Below are positions 9,532 through 18,855 of a DNA stretch of 64,000 nt, one piece after another; the stretch's first letter is position 1; each line of letters opens with the position of its first letter. The stretch lies in NCBI GenBank assembly GCA_039798785.1, contig JBDKFG010000016.1, forward strand, positions 1 to 64,000, written 5' to 3'. The notes under the pieces are model-generated. The model was not told where the DNA came from. It saw only the letters and a list, made by a program, of their open reading frames with translations, and made no database searches. The position numbers and the translations under genes are program-made. The stretch comes from Verrucomicrobiota bacterium (lineage in GTDB: Bacteria; Verrucomicrobiota; Lentisphaeria; Lentisphaerales; Lentisphaeraceae).

Positions 9532-10710
9532 TCAGGCGGCGCTCTTGCGGTCCCTCCACAGGCCGGCGGACATCCACAGCACCGAGAGGAAGACGATCAG
9601 CAGGGTCATGCCTGTCGGCAGGATTTTCAACTTCAGGCCTTCGGGGATCTTGAGGAAGAGAAGGATGGTGATCAAGCCGCGGGGCATCAGATAGGGGAGG
9701 GAGTGCATCGGCTCGTTCTTCATCAGCCCTTTGAGGCAGAGGACTCGCAAGAGGATGAGCCCGGCGAGGCAGGCGCCGGCCCAGATCCAGGGTTCGCGGA
9801 CGCCGAGATCGCTGATTTCGACCGAGAAGCCGAGGAAGACGAAGAAGACGGTGCGAACGAAGAAGGCGGCTTCGGCGGTGAGGTGGTGGAGCTGGTGCAT
9901 TTCCTCGTTGAGGCGCTGGCTGTGGACTTTTTTCATCACCCGAGCCAGCCAGGGATGGTGGAGATTGCTGGCGTAGAGGCCGAAGGCGAGGATGATCAGC
10001 AGCGCCGGAAGGTGCAGCAGGCCGCCGACGGCGTAGAGCAGGATCAGCGAGGCGATGACCGGCAGGTGGCGCACCCGCGCCACCACCTTGTCCATGAAGA
10101 CTGCCAGGAGGATGATGCTGACCAGGGCGATGAGCAAGACGGCGACCAGCTTGCCGCTGACTTCCACCAGGACCAGAGGGCTGAAGCTGTCGGTTTCGAT
10201 CAGCAGGCTGAAGAGCATCACTCCGAGGACGTCGGAGAAGGAGCTTTCGTAGATGACGAACTCGCGTTCTGCCGGGGGCAGGCGTGCGGCCGAGGGGATG
10301 GCGATAGCGCTGCTGATGATCGCCAGGGGCACCGCATTGATCATGCAGACCCGGAAGGACTGCTCGGTGAAGAAGCTGAAGCCGATCGCCAGGGCCAGGC
10401 TGCCGAAAACCAGGAGGAGGGCGGCGGCCCAGAGCGAGCGGCGGATGATGGTGCGCTTCTCGGCAGTGATCTCGAGCTCCATCGAGCCTTCCAGGACGAT
10501 CAGAATCAATCCGATGGTGCCGATCACCGGCAGGCTGGCATCGACGAAGGAGAAATCGAGGCCGGCGTAGTCGGTCAGTGCCTTCAGCCCCAGTCCAGTG
10601 CCGAGCAGGAAGAGCACCGTCGGCACCTTCAATCGCTTTCCAAAATGGTCCCAGACGAAGGCGCAGAGGACCAAGGCGCTGAAAAAGATCAGGATCAGAT
10701 AGGGGGTCAT
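9532..10710 (-). CDS. cation:proton antiporter (CPA superfamily)
   Basis: About 12 TM; IISSAIAIP, YESSFSDVLG, MPRGLITILL. Confidence 0.85.
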   Translation of the reverse strand: MTPYLILIFFSALVLCAFVWDHFGKRLKVPTVLFLLGTGLGLKALTDYAGLDFSFVDASLPVIGTIGLILIVLEGSMELEITAEKRTIIRRSLWAAALLLVFGSLALAIGFSFFTEQSFRVCMINAVPLAIISSAIAIPSAARLPPAEREFVIYESSFSDVLGVMLFSLLIETDSFSPLVLVEVSGKLVAVLLIALVSIILLAVFMDKVVARVRHLPVIASLILLYAVGGLLHLPALLIILAFGLYASNLHHPWLARVMKKVHSQRLNEEMHQLHHLTAEAAFFVRTVFFVFLGFSVEISDLGVREPWIWAGACLAGLILLRVLCLKGLMKNEPMHSLPYLMPRGLITILLFLKIPEGLKLKILPTGMTLLIVFLSVLWMSAGLWRDRKSAA

Positions 10711-10907
10711 GGTAAACTCCTGAAGCGACTTATTATGAAAGGCGGAGTGGCCAAGATACTCCTGTGTTCTGATCAGACCCGCATTTTTGCCGCTGTTGCG
10801 CTATTCATCAGCTCTTCGACACGCCGATTTTCGGTGGAATCGCTTCCATGGGATTTGCGGGAAGAATTCTCATCGCGTAGGTTTTGTTTGCTGCTGTCGG
10901 CAGCATG

Positions 10908-10959
10908 GGGTGCTGGATTCCTTCGGATCGAGCAGAAAAGGACGGTCGGGCCGCCGTCC
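10908..10959 (+). ncRNA. nhaA-I-like (Li+/Na+) riboswitch candidate
   Basis: GGGTG-[stem]-CAGA, then hairpin GGACGG-TCGGGCCG-CCGTCC, 25 nt upstream of an NhaD start. Confidence 0.7.
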
Positions 10960-10984
10960 AGCGTGCAAACCCAGGAGATTGATC

Positions 10985-12307
10985 ATGTCCGCTCTCTTTG
11001 CGATTGCCACATCGGCGGCATCTCCATTTCATTCCCTTGGCTGGATCTGTCTCGGCCTCTTCATCGCCTCTCTCGCCCTGGTGGTGCTGGAGGAGCGTTT
11101 GCATCTGCGCAAGTCGAAGCCGGTGATCCTCGCCGCCTGTGCGATCTGGACCCTGATCTGCATCGTCCAGGGCGGCGATCCCGAGGCCAAGGCGGCGATC
11201 ACCAGCCGTCTCCACCACATGCTGGCGGAGTATTGCGACCTGCTGCTCTTCCTGATGGTGGCGATGGTCTATGTCGGCGCGATGAAGGCGCTGGGTGTCT
11301 TCAACATCCTGAGGGCGAAATTGATGGGGGCCTCGCTCGGCTATCACGGCTTGTACTGGGCCCTTGGAGCCTGCGCCTTCTGCATCTCGCCCTTCGCCGA
11401 CAACCTGACGACGGCGATGGTGATGGGCTCGGTGGTGCTGGCGGTGGCCAACGGCGACCGCCGCTTCGCGGTGCCGGGATTCATCCACGTCGTCGTCGCC
11501 GCCAATGCCGGCGGCGTGCCCTCGCCCTTCGGCGATGTCACCTCGCTGATGGTCTGGCAGCGCGGCAAGCTGGCGATCGATGAGTTCCTTCCTCTGATCC
11601 CTCCGGCCCTGATCGCCTGGCTCGTCCCGGCGCTGCTGATGAGCTTCTTCCTGCCCAAGTCGAGCCCGCTGGTCGACGCCGAGCCGGCGCCGGTGTCTAA
11701 GAACGGCATCGTCGTCGTCATCCTCTTCGCCGTCACCATCGTCTTCTCGGTGGTGATGAAGCACCGCTACGGCCTGCCGCCTTCGCTCGGCATGATGACA
11801 GGCTTCGGCTTCTTCGCCATCCACTCCTATTTCGCCACCCGTTCGGCGGTGCGGCAGTCCGAGCTCGAAGAGGCGAAGCGGGCCGACATCTTCACCATGG
11901 TGGAGAAGAGCGAGTTCGACACCCTGCTGTTCTTCTTCGGCGTCATCTTCGCCATCGGCGGCCTCAGCCATCTCGGCTGGCTGGCGATGCTCAACTCCCA
12001 GGTCGTCGAGCACTGGGGCTGCACCAGCCTCTGCGTCCTCGCCGGCCTGCTCTCCTGCATCGTCGACAACATCCCGATGATGTACGCGGTGCTCGAGATG
12101 AATCCGGAGATGAGTCTATGGCATTGGCAGCTGGTCACCCTGACCACCGGCATCGGCGGCTCGATCCTGGCTGTCGGCTCCGCCGCCGGCGTCGCCTTGA
12201 TGGGCGTCGCCAAGGGCGAGTACACCTTCATGGCCCATCTGCGCTACTCCTGGGCGGTCCTCATCGGCTTCTTCGCCGCCGTCGGCGTCCATTGCCTGAT
12301 GCGCTGA
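10985..12307 (+). CDS. nhaD: NhaD-family Na+/H+ antiporter
   Basis: LHLRKSKP, ISPFADNLTTA, ANAGGVPSPFGDVTSLMVWQ, IVDNIP, GGSILAVGSAAGVALMG; AGGAGA RBS. Confidence 0.9.
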   Translation: MSALFAIATSAASPFHSLGWICLGLFIASLALVVLEERLHLRKSKPVILAACAIWTLICIVQGGDPEAKAAITSRLHHMLAEYCDLLLFLMVAMVYVGAMKALGVFNILRAKLMGASLGYHGLYWALGACAFCISPFADNLTTAMVMGSVVLAVANGDRRFAVPGFIHVVVAANAGGVPSPFGDVTSLMVWQRGKLAIDEFLPLIPPALIAWLVPALLMSFFLPKSSPLVDAEPAPVSKNGIVVVILFAVTIVFSVVMKHRYGLPPSLGMMTGFGFFAIHSYFATRSAVRQSELEEAKRADIFTMVEKSEFDTLLFFFGVIFAIGGLSHLGWLAMLNSQVVEHWGCTSLCVLAGLLSCIVDNIPMMYAVLEMNPEMSLWHWQLVTLTTGIGGSILAVGSAAGVALMGVAKGEYTFMAHLRYSWAVLIGFFAAVGVHCLMR

Positions 12308-12448
12308 GGGCGTAAAGCGGACTGTCTCCGCAACCTAACTGGGACACAACTGAGACATAGTTGGGACATGGTTTGGGAAGTACAAAGGACAGGCCTTCCA
12401 GCCCCCAACTTCTTGTTTTTGCTTGCAGGACTGCGGCTGGAGGGGCCT

Positions 12449-12478
12449 AAAAAAGCCTCCTCCGGCGGGGAGGAGGCT
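12449..12478 (-). terminator. intrinsic terminator
   Basis: AGCCTCCTCC/GGAGGAGGCT stem followed by a T-tract on the minus strand. Confidence 0.65.
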
Positions 12479-12497
12479 CTGGCGCGGCAGTTACGGA

Positions 12498-14159
12498 TCA
12501 GTGGCCGTTGGCGCCGCCGAAGACGAAGTAGCGGAGCCAGACGTAAACTGCGGCGACGCAGACGGTGGCAAGCATGATCGGGAAGCCGATCTTGGTGAAG
12601 GCGCCGAAGCTCACCGGAGCGCCCGATTTGTCGCCGATCTTGGCGGCGATGATGTTGGCCGAGGAGCCGATCAGCGAGCCGTTGCCGCCGAGGCAGGTAC
12701 CGAGCAGCAGCGACCAGATCATCGCCTGGGCTTCGGGGTGCATCAGATCGCCGCCGTAGTCGACGCCGATGATGTGCTTGACCAGTGGGCACATGGCGAT
12801 GATGAAGGGGGTGTTGTCGAGGAAGGCGGAGAGGATGGCCGAGCCGAAGAGGATGATCATGCAGGTGACGAGGTGGTTGTGGCTGATCCCCATGATCATG
12901 TCGGCGAGCTTGAGGATGAGGCCGTTGTGCTCGAGGGCGCCGATGACGATGAAGAGGCCGCAGTAGTAGAGGATGGCGTCCCATTCGACGGTCTTGTACA
13001 TCTTGTCGGATTCCTCGCGGCAGAGCAGCAGCATCAAGGCCATCGCCGACAGGGCGATGATGCCGATGGGGATGGTGATGCCGGCGCCGGCGTCCTTCAG
13101 AGCCTGGTCGGGGTTAGCGATGATGGTGCCGGCCTTCTCCGAGATGCCCAGCTTGGCGCAGCGTTCCATCAATTCAGGCTGGTTCTGGATGCTGGCCATG
13201 AAGAGCTCGGTGGCGACCAGGACGTCGTAGTCCTTGCCCTTGCGGGCGGCGAAAGAGTCGATCTCGGCACTGAAATTGTCTTCGGTGAGGATGGCGGCGG
13301 CCCCGGCTTCCTTGGCGATCTTGGCGCGGGCCTCGTCGTGGACCAGGACCCCGACGCGTTTGGCGGTGGCGTCGGCGATCGGGGTTTGGACGATGAAGGC
13401 GACGAGCATCGCGGCGAAGACGCCGAGGCAGATGTTCATCTTCTTGCGGTTGCGGATGGCGAGTTCAGGGTGGGAGTCGAGGATGCGGACGCGGATGCGT
13501 TCGGGGACCTGCAGTTTCGAGCGGAGGGAGAGGACGACGACGCCGATGAAGAGGGCGGCGATGACGAAGGCGATCGGGGTCATGTGGTAGATGAAGGGCA
13601 TGAAGCCCATGCCGAGGTAGGAGCCGAGGATGGCGTTGGGCGGGTCGCCGATGTAGGTGGCGACGCCGCCGATGTTGGAGGCCATCGCGGAGAAGACGAT
13701 CAGCGGCACCATCGGCAGCTCGAGGATCTGAGCGATCAGGACCGTCACCGGGATGATCATGATGACGACGGTGACGTTGGGGAGGAAGCAGGAGAGCAGC
13801 ATGTTGATGGTGAGGAGGGCGATGACGATTTTGACGCCGTCGCCCTTGAGCTTCTTGGCGGCGGAGACCGCGATCCATTCGATGAAGCCGGTTTCGGCGA
13901 GGATGGCGACCGAGGTCATCATGCCGACGAGGAGGAAGAGGACGTTGAGGTCGACGCAGGCGAGGGCGGCCTTGATGTCGATACATCCCGAGGCGATGAC
14001 CGCGGCGGCGCCGAAGATGGCGGCGAGGGATCGTTCGATGATTTCGGTGGTGAGGCAGACGTAGAGGAGGGCGAAGATGCCGAGGCAGAGCCAGGCCTTG
14101 GCGGTGAGAGGGTCCGAGGCGCCGGAGTTGGCGAGCAGGGGGAGGAGGTTGGCGAGCAT
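12498..14159 (-). CDS. ArsB/NhaD/SLC13-type (IT superfamily) permease with a ~95-aa soluble insertion
   Basis: ASNIGGVATYIGDPPN, SAFLDNTPF, GGNGSLIGSSANII. Confidence 0.85.
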   Translation of the reverse strand: MLANLLPLLANSGASDPLTAKAWLCLGIFALLYVCLTTEIIERSLAAIFGAAAVIASGCIDIKAALACVDLNVLFLLVGMMTSVAILAETGFIEWIAVSAAKKLKGDGVKIVIALLTINMLLSCFLPNVTVVIMIIPVTVLIAQILELPMVPLIVFSAMASNIGGVATYIGDPPNAILGSYLGMGFMPFIYHMTPIAFVIAALFIGVVVLSLRSKLQVPERIRVRILDSHPELAIRNRKKMNICLGVFAAMLVAFIVQTPIADATAKRVGVLVHDEARAKIAKEAGAAAILTEDNFSAEIDSFAARKGKDYDVLVATELFMASIQNQPELMERCAKLGISEKAGTIIANPDQALKDAGAGITIPIGIIALSAMALMLLLCREESDKMYKTVEWDAILYYCGLFIVIGALEHNGLILKLADMIMGISHNHLVTCMIILFGSAILSAFLDNTPFIIAMCPLVKHIIGVDYGGDLMHPEAQAMIWSLLLGTCLGGNGSLIGSSANIIAAKIGDKSGAPVSFGAFTKIGFPIMLATVCVAAVYVWLRYFVFGGANGH

Positions 14160-14174
14160 GGGTTGGGTTTCCGA

Positions 14175-15113
14175 TCAGCTTTTGATGACGAGGAGGTTGC
14201 CGACGATGGCGTGGCGGTCGATGACGCCGAGGAGCAGGCCCTTGTCGTCGACGACGTAGAGGTGGTGGCGGCCGCGGGTAGTCATCTCGAAGAGCATTTC
14301 CATCACCGTCGCATCGGGGGCGATGGTCGGGGTTTCATGTTCGGGCTTGGCCTCTTCGAGCTTGTGGCTGCGGGCGGCCAGGAAGTATTTCTCGAAGGGG
14401 TTCATGTTCTTGAAGTAGGAGATGTTCTGCAGCTGGGTGAAGAATTTCGGCAGGCCGAACATGAAGAGGTCGTGGCAGGTGAATTCGTAGAGGAGGCGCC
14501 CTTCGGCGTCGACCACCGGGAGCGAGTCGATGTTGTGGCGGTGGAGTTCGTTGGCGGCGGCTTCGATGGTCATGTCCAGGCTCAGGTGGGTGACCTGGGG
14601 CTTCATCAGGTCGCGGGCCAGCAGGTGCTGGTCGACCTCGATATCGTCCTTCAGGATCAGCCAGTGGACTTCGATGTCGGTCTTGGCGTTTTGGACGCGC
14701 AGCCGCTGATCTTCGGAGTGGATGAGGAACTGGGTCAAGGCGGCGCGCGGGGTGAAGACCAGGTTGGGCTGGTTGCGCGGCACCAGGGAGAAGATCAGGA
14801 AGTGGACGGGCAGGCCGTCGACCGAGGCGAATTCGACGCCTTCAGGGGCGACGAAGAGCGCCATGTGGAAGTGTTTCAGGCCATCGAGCCGTGCGTGCGG
14901 GTAGGCGAAGCCTTCGCCGACGCCGGTGGTGTGGTCGTGTTCGCGGGCGATCAGCGCCTGGGTGATGGTGGCGACGCTGATCGATTCCTCCTTCAAGAGG
15001 CCGCGACGGTCCATCTCGGCGACCATTTCTGCGATCATCGCGGCCTTTGCTTGCGCCTGCGGGCGGAAATTGGCGACGATCGCCTCCGGCCCGATCATTT
15101 CACTGAGTTTCAT
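14175..15113 (-). CDS. PTS EIIA(Fru/Ntr)-like domain fused to a CBS pair
   Basis: TTGVGEGFAYPHARL phospho-His motif; CBS-like ARDLMKP...LPVVD and HLYVVD...GVIDR. Confidence 0.85.
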   Translation of the reverse strand: MKLSEMIGPEAIVANFRPQAQAKAAMIAEMVAEMDRRGLLKEESISVATITQALIAREHDHTTGVGEGFAYPHARLDGLKHFHMALFVAPEGVEFASVDGLPVHFLIFSLVPRNQPNLVFTPRAALTQFLIHSEDQRLRVQNAKTDIEVHWLILKDDIEVDQHLLARDLMKPQVTHLSLDMTIEAAANELHRHNIDSLPVVDAEGRLLYEFTCHDLFMFGLPKFFTQLQNISYFKNMNPFEKYFLAARSHKLEEAKPEHETPTIAPDATVMEMLFEMTTRGRHHLYVVDDKGLLLGVIDRHAIVGNLLVIKS

Positions 15114-15429
15114 GTCGATTCCTTGGGTTTGAAAAAAACGCCGAGAATAGAATGCCAGTGGAGACCGATACAAGGAATACGGGTCAATTATTGGGTCTCT
15201 GTCCATCATCCGTAAATGCTTGTTTCCCAATATAAAAAAGGCGCTTGATCGCTTGCGGAGCTCCGACTCCGGAAGGTCGAATGGGGGCTATGACACAAAA
15301 TGTGCATAAAGAAGCGGGGGTCGCGTGGCTGGCCTGCCAGGTCGACCGGAAGCGGACGGAAGAAGCCGCCGCCGGCTTGAGGGCCGGCGGCGGCGGAAAA
15401 TGCGTCATCGACCACGCGTGGTCATCGAC

Positions 15430-15930
15430 TCAGGCTTCTTCGGCGAAGCGCTCGCGGAGTTCTTCCATCCCCAGTTCGATCAGCGAGCTGCAGTTCTCGC
15501 TGAGGATCTGTCCTTTGCGGGTCGGCTTGCCGGCTTCCATGGCTTCGACGGTTTCGAGCATGATGAACATGGCGCAGCCGAGGGCGACGAGGAGGGGTCG
15601 GGTCTCTTCCAGTTCGTCGAGGTAGGCGACGATGGCATCGTCTTCAAGTTCCTTGTTGACGCCGAGGAGGCTGCGGAGGCGTTTCACCACGGCCTGGGTC
15701 TCCGCTTCCTCCTTGTGCATCTCGTGGACGCCGACGATGAAGGCGGTGAAGAGCGTGCCGGCCTTTTCGGCGCCTTCCTCGTCGCCGGCTTCCTCGGCGG
15801 TGAGATCGCGGTCTTCGATGGCGATGATGAAGCGGGCGAAGTCCTCCGGGCTGCTGATCAGCTGGCTGAGATCGGGCTGTTCGCCGCGGAGGAGGGCGTC
15901 GATGGCGGTGGCGATGGCTGGCTGGGACAT
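15430..15930 (-). CDS. hypothetical acidic helical protein
   Basis: Host-like codon usage, AGGAG RBS, terminator-like hairpin downstream. Confidence 0.6.
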   Translation of the reverse strand: MSQPAIATAIDALLRGEQPDLSQLISSPEDFARFIIAIEDRDLTAEEAGDEEGAEKAGTLFTAFIVGVHEMHKEEAETQAVVKRLRSLLGVNKELEDDAIVAYLDELEETRPLLVALGCAMFIMLETVEAMEAGKPTRKGQILSENCSSLIELGMEELRERFAEEA

Positions 15931-16042
15931 GGAAGCTCCTAGGCTGTTGATTGCGGCGGGAATCTAGGCGCCCGTCGCAAAAAATCTCGACATGTGCCAG
16001 TCCAACAAGGGCAAGTCGACAACAAGGGCAAGTCGAAAGATC

Positions 16043-16441
16043 TCAGGTCTTGAGGAGGCCGAGGCCGCGGAAGCAGCCGGTGAACTTCTCCATCGAGATC
16101 GGTTTGATGATATAATCGTCGCAGGCGACGCGGAAGGCGTGCGAGATCACCTTGCGGTCGTCGCTGCCGGTGATCATCACCACCTTGCAGCGCTTGTCGG
16201 CCGGGATGTCCCGCAGGTCTTCGAAGCTGCGGATCAGGTTGACCACCACCGTGCCGCTGATTTCGGGCATGGTGTAGTCGACGGTGATGAGGTCGTAGGG
16301 ACACCCCTTCAGAAGGGCCTTTTTGACCAGCTGCAATCCGGCTTCGCCGCTGTCTGCGGTGTCGACATCGCCGAAGCGCGACAGGGCCGGCTTCAGCAGC
16401 ATCTGGGTGACCAAGTCGTCATCTATGCAAAGGATCTTCAT
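16043..16441 (-). CDS. CheY-like single-domain response regulator
   Basis: KILCIDDD, DLITVDYTMPEISG, VMITG, YIIKP. Confidence 0.9.
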   Translation of the reverse strand: MKILCIDDDLVTQMLLKPALSRFGDVDTADSGEAGLQLVKKALLKGCPYDLITVDYTMPEISGTVVVNLIRSFEDLRDIPADKRCKVVMITGSDDRKVISHAFRVACDDYIIKPISMEKFTGCFRGLGLLKT

Positions 16442-16488
16442 TTTCGGGACCTCCGGCTAAGGGGGGGTTCTGGCGTGAGATTGAATTG

Positions 16489-18723
16489 TCAAGGCGGCGT
16501 CTGGGAGAAGGCAGCGAGATCCAGGATCAGTGCGACTTCGCCGTTGTTAAGGATGCAAAAGCCGGTGACGCCCTGGTTGACGGCGATGCCGCAGGGGACG
16601 GGCTTGACCACGGTTTGCAGCTGATACAGGATTTCATCGACGAAGAGGGCGATCGGCCCGGAGTAGAGCTGGAGGATGACAAGGATCCCTTTGTCGAGGA
16701 AGTCGCAATCGGGCTTGATGCCGTGCAGGGAGTGTAGGCGTCGGATCGGCATCACTTCCTCGCGCAGCTTGATGAATTCCTGGCCGTCGTGGCGGACCAG
16801 GATCTGAGAAGCCTTCGGCCGGAGTGCTTCGCGGATGGCGGTGATCGGCAGCATGTATTTGCAAGGGCCGACGCGCAGAAGCATGCCGTCGAGGATCGCC
16901 AGGGAGAGAGGGATGCGGATCAGGAATTCGAGTCCCTGTCCGGGGTTGTTCTTGATCTCGATGCGCCCCTTGAGCCGCTCGATGTTGCTTTTCACCACGT
17001 CCATGCCGACGCCGCGTCCGGAGAGGCCGGTGACCTGAGCCGCGGTGGAGAAGCCCGGCATGAAGATCATGCCATAGATCTCCTGTTCCGACAGGTTGGC
17101 GCCGTCGCCGGCGATCAAGCCTTGCCGCTTGGCCTTGTCGAAGATCCGGTCGCGGTCGAGGCCTTTGCCGTCGTCGCGGACGCTGATGACGATCTCGTTG
17201 CCTTGCTGGCTGGCGGAGAGCCAGATATTGCCGGTGGGCGGCTTGCCGGCTGCGATCCGTTCTTCGGCCGTCTCGAGGCCGTGGTCGGCGGAATTGCGCA
17301 GCATGTGCACCATGGGGTCGCCGATCAGGTCGGCGACGATCTTGTCGACTTCGGTCTCTTCGCCGCTGAGTTCCAGCTTGATCTGCTTGCCGGTGTTGCG
17401 GGCGAGGTCGTGGACGAGGCGCTGCATTTTGCGGAAGACGCCGGCGATCGGCACCATGCGGACCGACATGGCGACGTCCTGAAGGCCCCGGATGATGAGG
17501 TGGAGCTGGTGAGAGGCTTTTTCGAAAGTCGGCAGCTGCAGCCCTTCCAATTCCGAGTTGCGCGTCACCATGGCTTCGGCGACGAGAAGCTCGCCGACCA
17601 GGTCTACGAGGCTGTCGAGCTTGCGCAGGTCGACCCGGATGTCGCGCCGCTGTTCCGCCGCCTTGTCGTTGGCGGCGGCCTTGATGACGTTGTTTTCCGG
17701 CGGGCTTTCGGGAGTGTCGGCCGCTGCCGGTTCGGCGGCATCCGTCGGCTCGGGAGGGGCTTGGACGAAGGCCGAGGCGGGCGCGGGTGTTGAGGCGGGG
17801 GGCATCGCCTCGGGGGGCGGCAGAGCGGTCTTGCGGACCGCCTGGAGCAGTCCGGTGTTGGACAAGGAGCCGCTGAGGAGTCTTCCGGAGAAGGAGTCGC
17901 CGGGATTGCTGTCGAGCATTTCCGCCTGGGTCGATTCGCGTTTCGCTGCGATCACCAGGGATCGCAGGCGGGAGAAGAGGTCGCTGGCAGCTTCGGCCAG
18001 GGCGTTGCAATGAGGCGGGGCGGTCTCGCGGGCGGCGATGATGAGCAGTTCGACCGACTGCGACAGGAGCTCCATCTGCCGGGCGCGGGCGGCGGCGCAG
18101 AGGGTGCGGAAGCTGCGCAGGTCGGCGAGAGCGGCGTTGCTGGCGGAAAGGTCGTGGGGGTGTGCGCAGATGCGCTCGAGGATCAGCTTGATGCCCGCCA
18201 CCATGGGCTCGATCGAGTGGAAGAAGAATTCCGTCTCTGCCGCCTCGGTGTTCAGCAGCGGCTGGATGGAACTGAGAATGTCGACGCCGTCGGCGGGGAT
18301 CTTCGAGCCGGACAGGTCGAGCTTGCCGGACTGGAAGTCGGTGGCGCATCTCTGCAGGACTTCGGCCAGGGGGTGTTCCTCGCGGTGCGAGTCGGCCTGA
18401 GGCTGTTCGCGCAGGACGTCGAGCATGTGCTTGAGGGCGTCGCAGGCCCGCAGGAGGACGCCGATATGTTGCGGCAGCGGGCAGCATTCGGCCTTGCGGT
18501 AGAGGTCGAGAAGAGTCTCTGCCGCGTGGGTGAGATGGACGAAGGCGTGGAGCTCGAGGAAGCCGGCGTTTCCTTTCATCGAGTGGAAGGCGCGGAAGAT
18601 CAGGTTCACCGTCTCCATCGACTGGATCCGGCCCTCCTGCAGCTCCACCAGGGCGTGCTCCGCCTGCTCCAAGCCGTCGACCGATTCGGCAATGAAGTCA
18701 AGATAGATTTCGCTGTTGTCCAT
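16489..18723 (-). CDS. cheA: chemotaxis histidine kinase CheA
   Basis: Hpt FRAFHSMKG; dimerisation IRVDLRKLDSLVDLVGEL; HMLRNSADHG, DDGKG, SGRGVGMDVV; CheW-like C-terminus. Confidence 0.95.
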   Translation of the reverse strand: MDNSEIYLDFIAESVDGLEQAEHALVELQEGRIQSMETVNLIFRAFHSMKGNAGFLELHAFVHLTHAAETLLDLYRKAECCPLPQHIGVLLRACDALKHMLDVLREQPQADSHREEHPLAEVLQRCATDFQSGKLDLSGSKIPADGVDILSSIQPLLNTEAAETEFFFHSIEPMVAGIKLILERICAHPHDLSASNAALADLRSFRTLCAAARARQMELLSQSVELLIIAARETAPPHCNALAEAASDLFSRLRSLVIAAKRESTQAEMLDSNPGDSFSGRLLSGSLSNTGLLQAVRKTALPPPEAMPPASTPAPASAFVQAPPEPTDAAEPAAADTPESPPENNVIKAAANDKAAEQRRDIRVDLRKLDSLVDLVGELLVAEAMVTRNSELEGLQLPTFEKASHQLHLIIRGLQDVAMSVRMVPIAGVFRKMQRLVHDLARNTGKQIKLELSGEETEVDKIVADLIGDPMVHMLRNSADHGLETAEERIAAGKPPTGNIWLSASQQGNEIVISVRDDGKGLDRDRIFDKAKRQGLIAGDGANLSEQEIYGMIFMPGFSTAAQVTGLSGRGVGMDVVKSNIERLKGRIEIKNNPGQGLEFLIRIPLSLAILDGMLLRVGPCKYMLPITAIREALRPKASQILVRHDGQEFIKLREEVMPIRRLHSLHGIKPDCDFLDKGILVILQLYSGPIALFVDEILYQLQTVVKPVPCGIAVNQGVTGFCILNNGEVALILDLAAFSQTPP

Positions 18724-18804
18724 GGTCCTCGGGCGCCTTTTGGGGAAATTGCAGTTTTTTCTACGCAGTTTCCGGGCCTGATTTCATCTCTTCCGCCAGA
18801 GATG

Positions 18805-18834
18805 AAAAAACCTCCGGCAGCGGCTGCCGGAGGT
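18805..18834 (-). terminator. intrinsic terminator
   Basis: ACCTCCGGCAGC/GCTGCCGGAGGT stem followed by a T-tract on the minus strand. Confidence 0.65.
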
Positions 18835-18855
18835 GAGGTGAGGCGCTGACGCGGC

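Noticed and set aside
16003..16036. 17-bp tandem duplication CAACAAGGGCAAGTCGA x2
   Set aside because: Only two copies; most simply a local slippage duplication.
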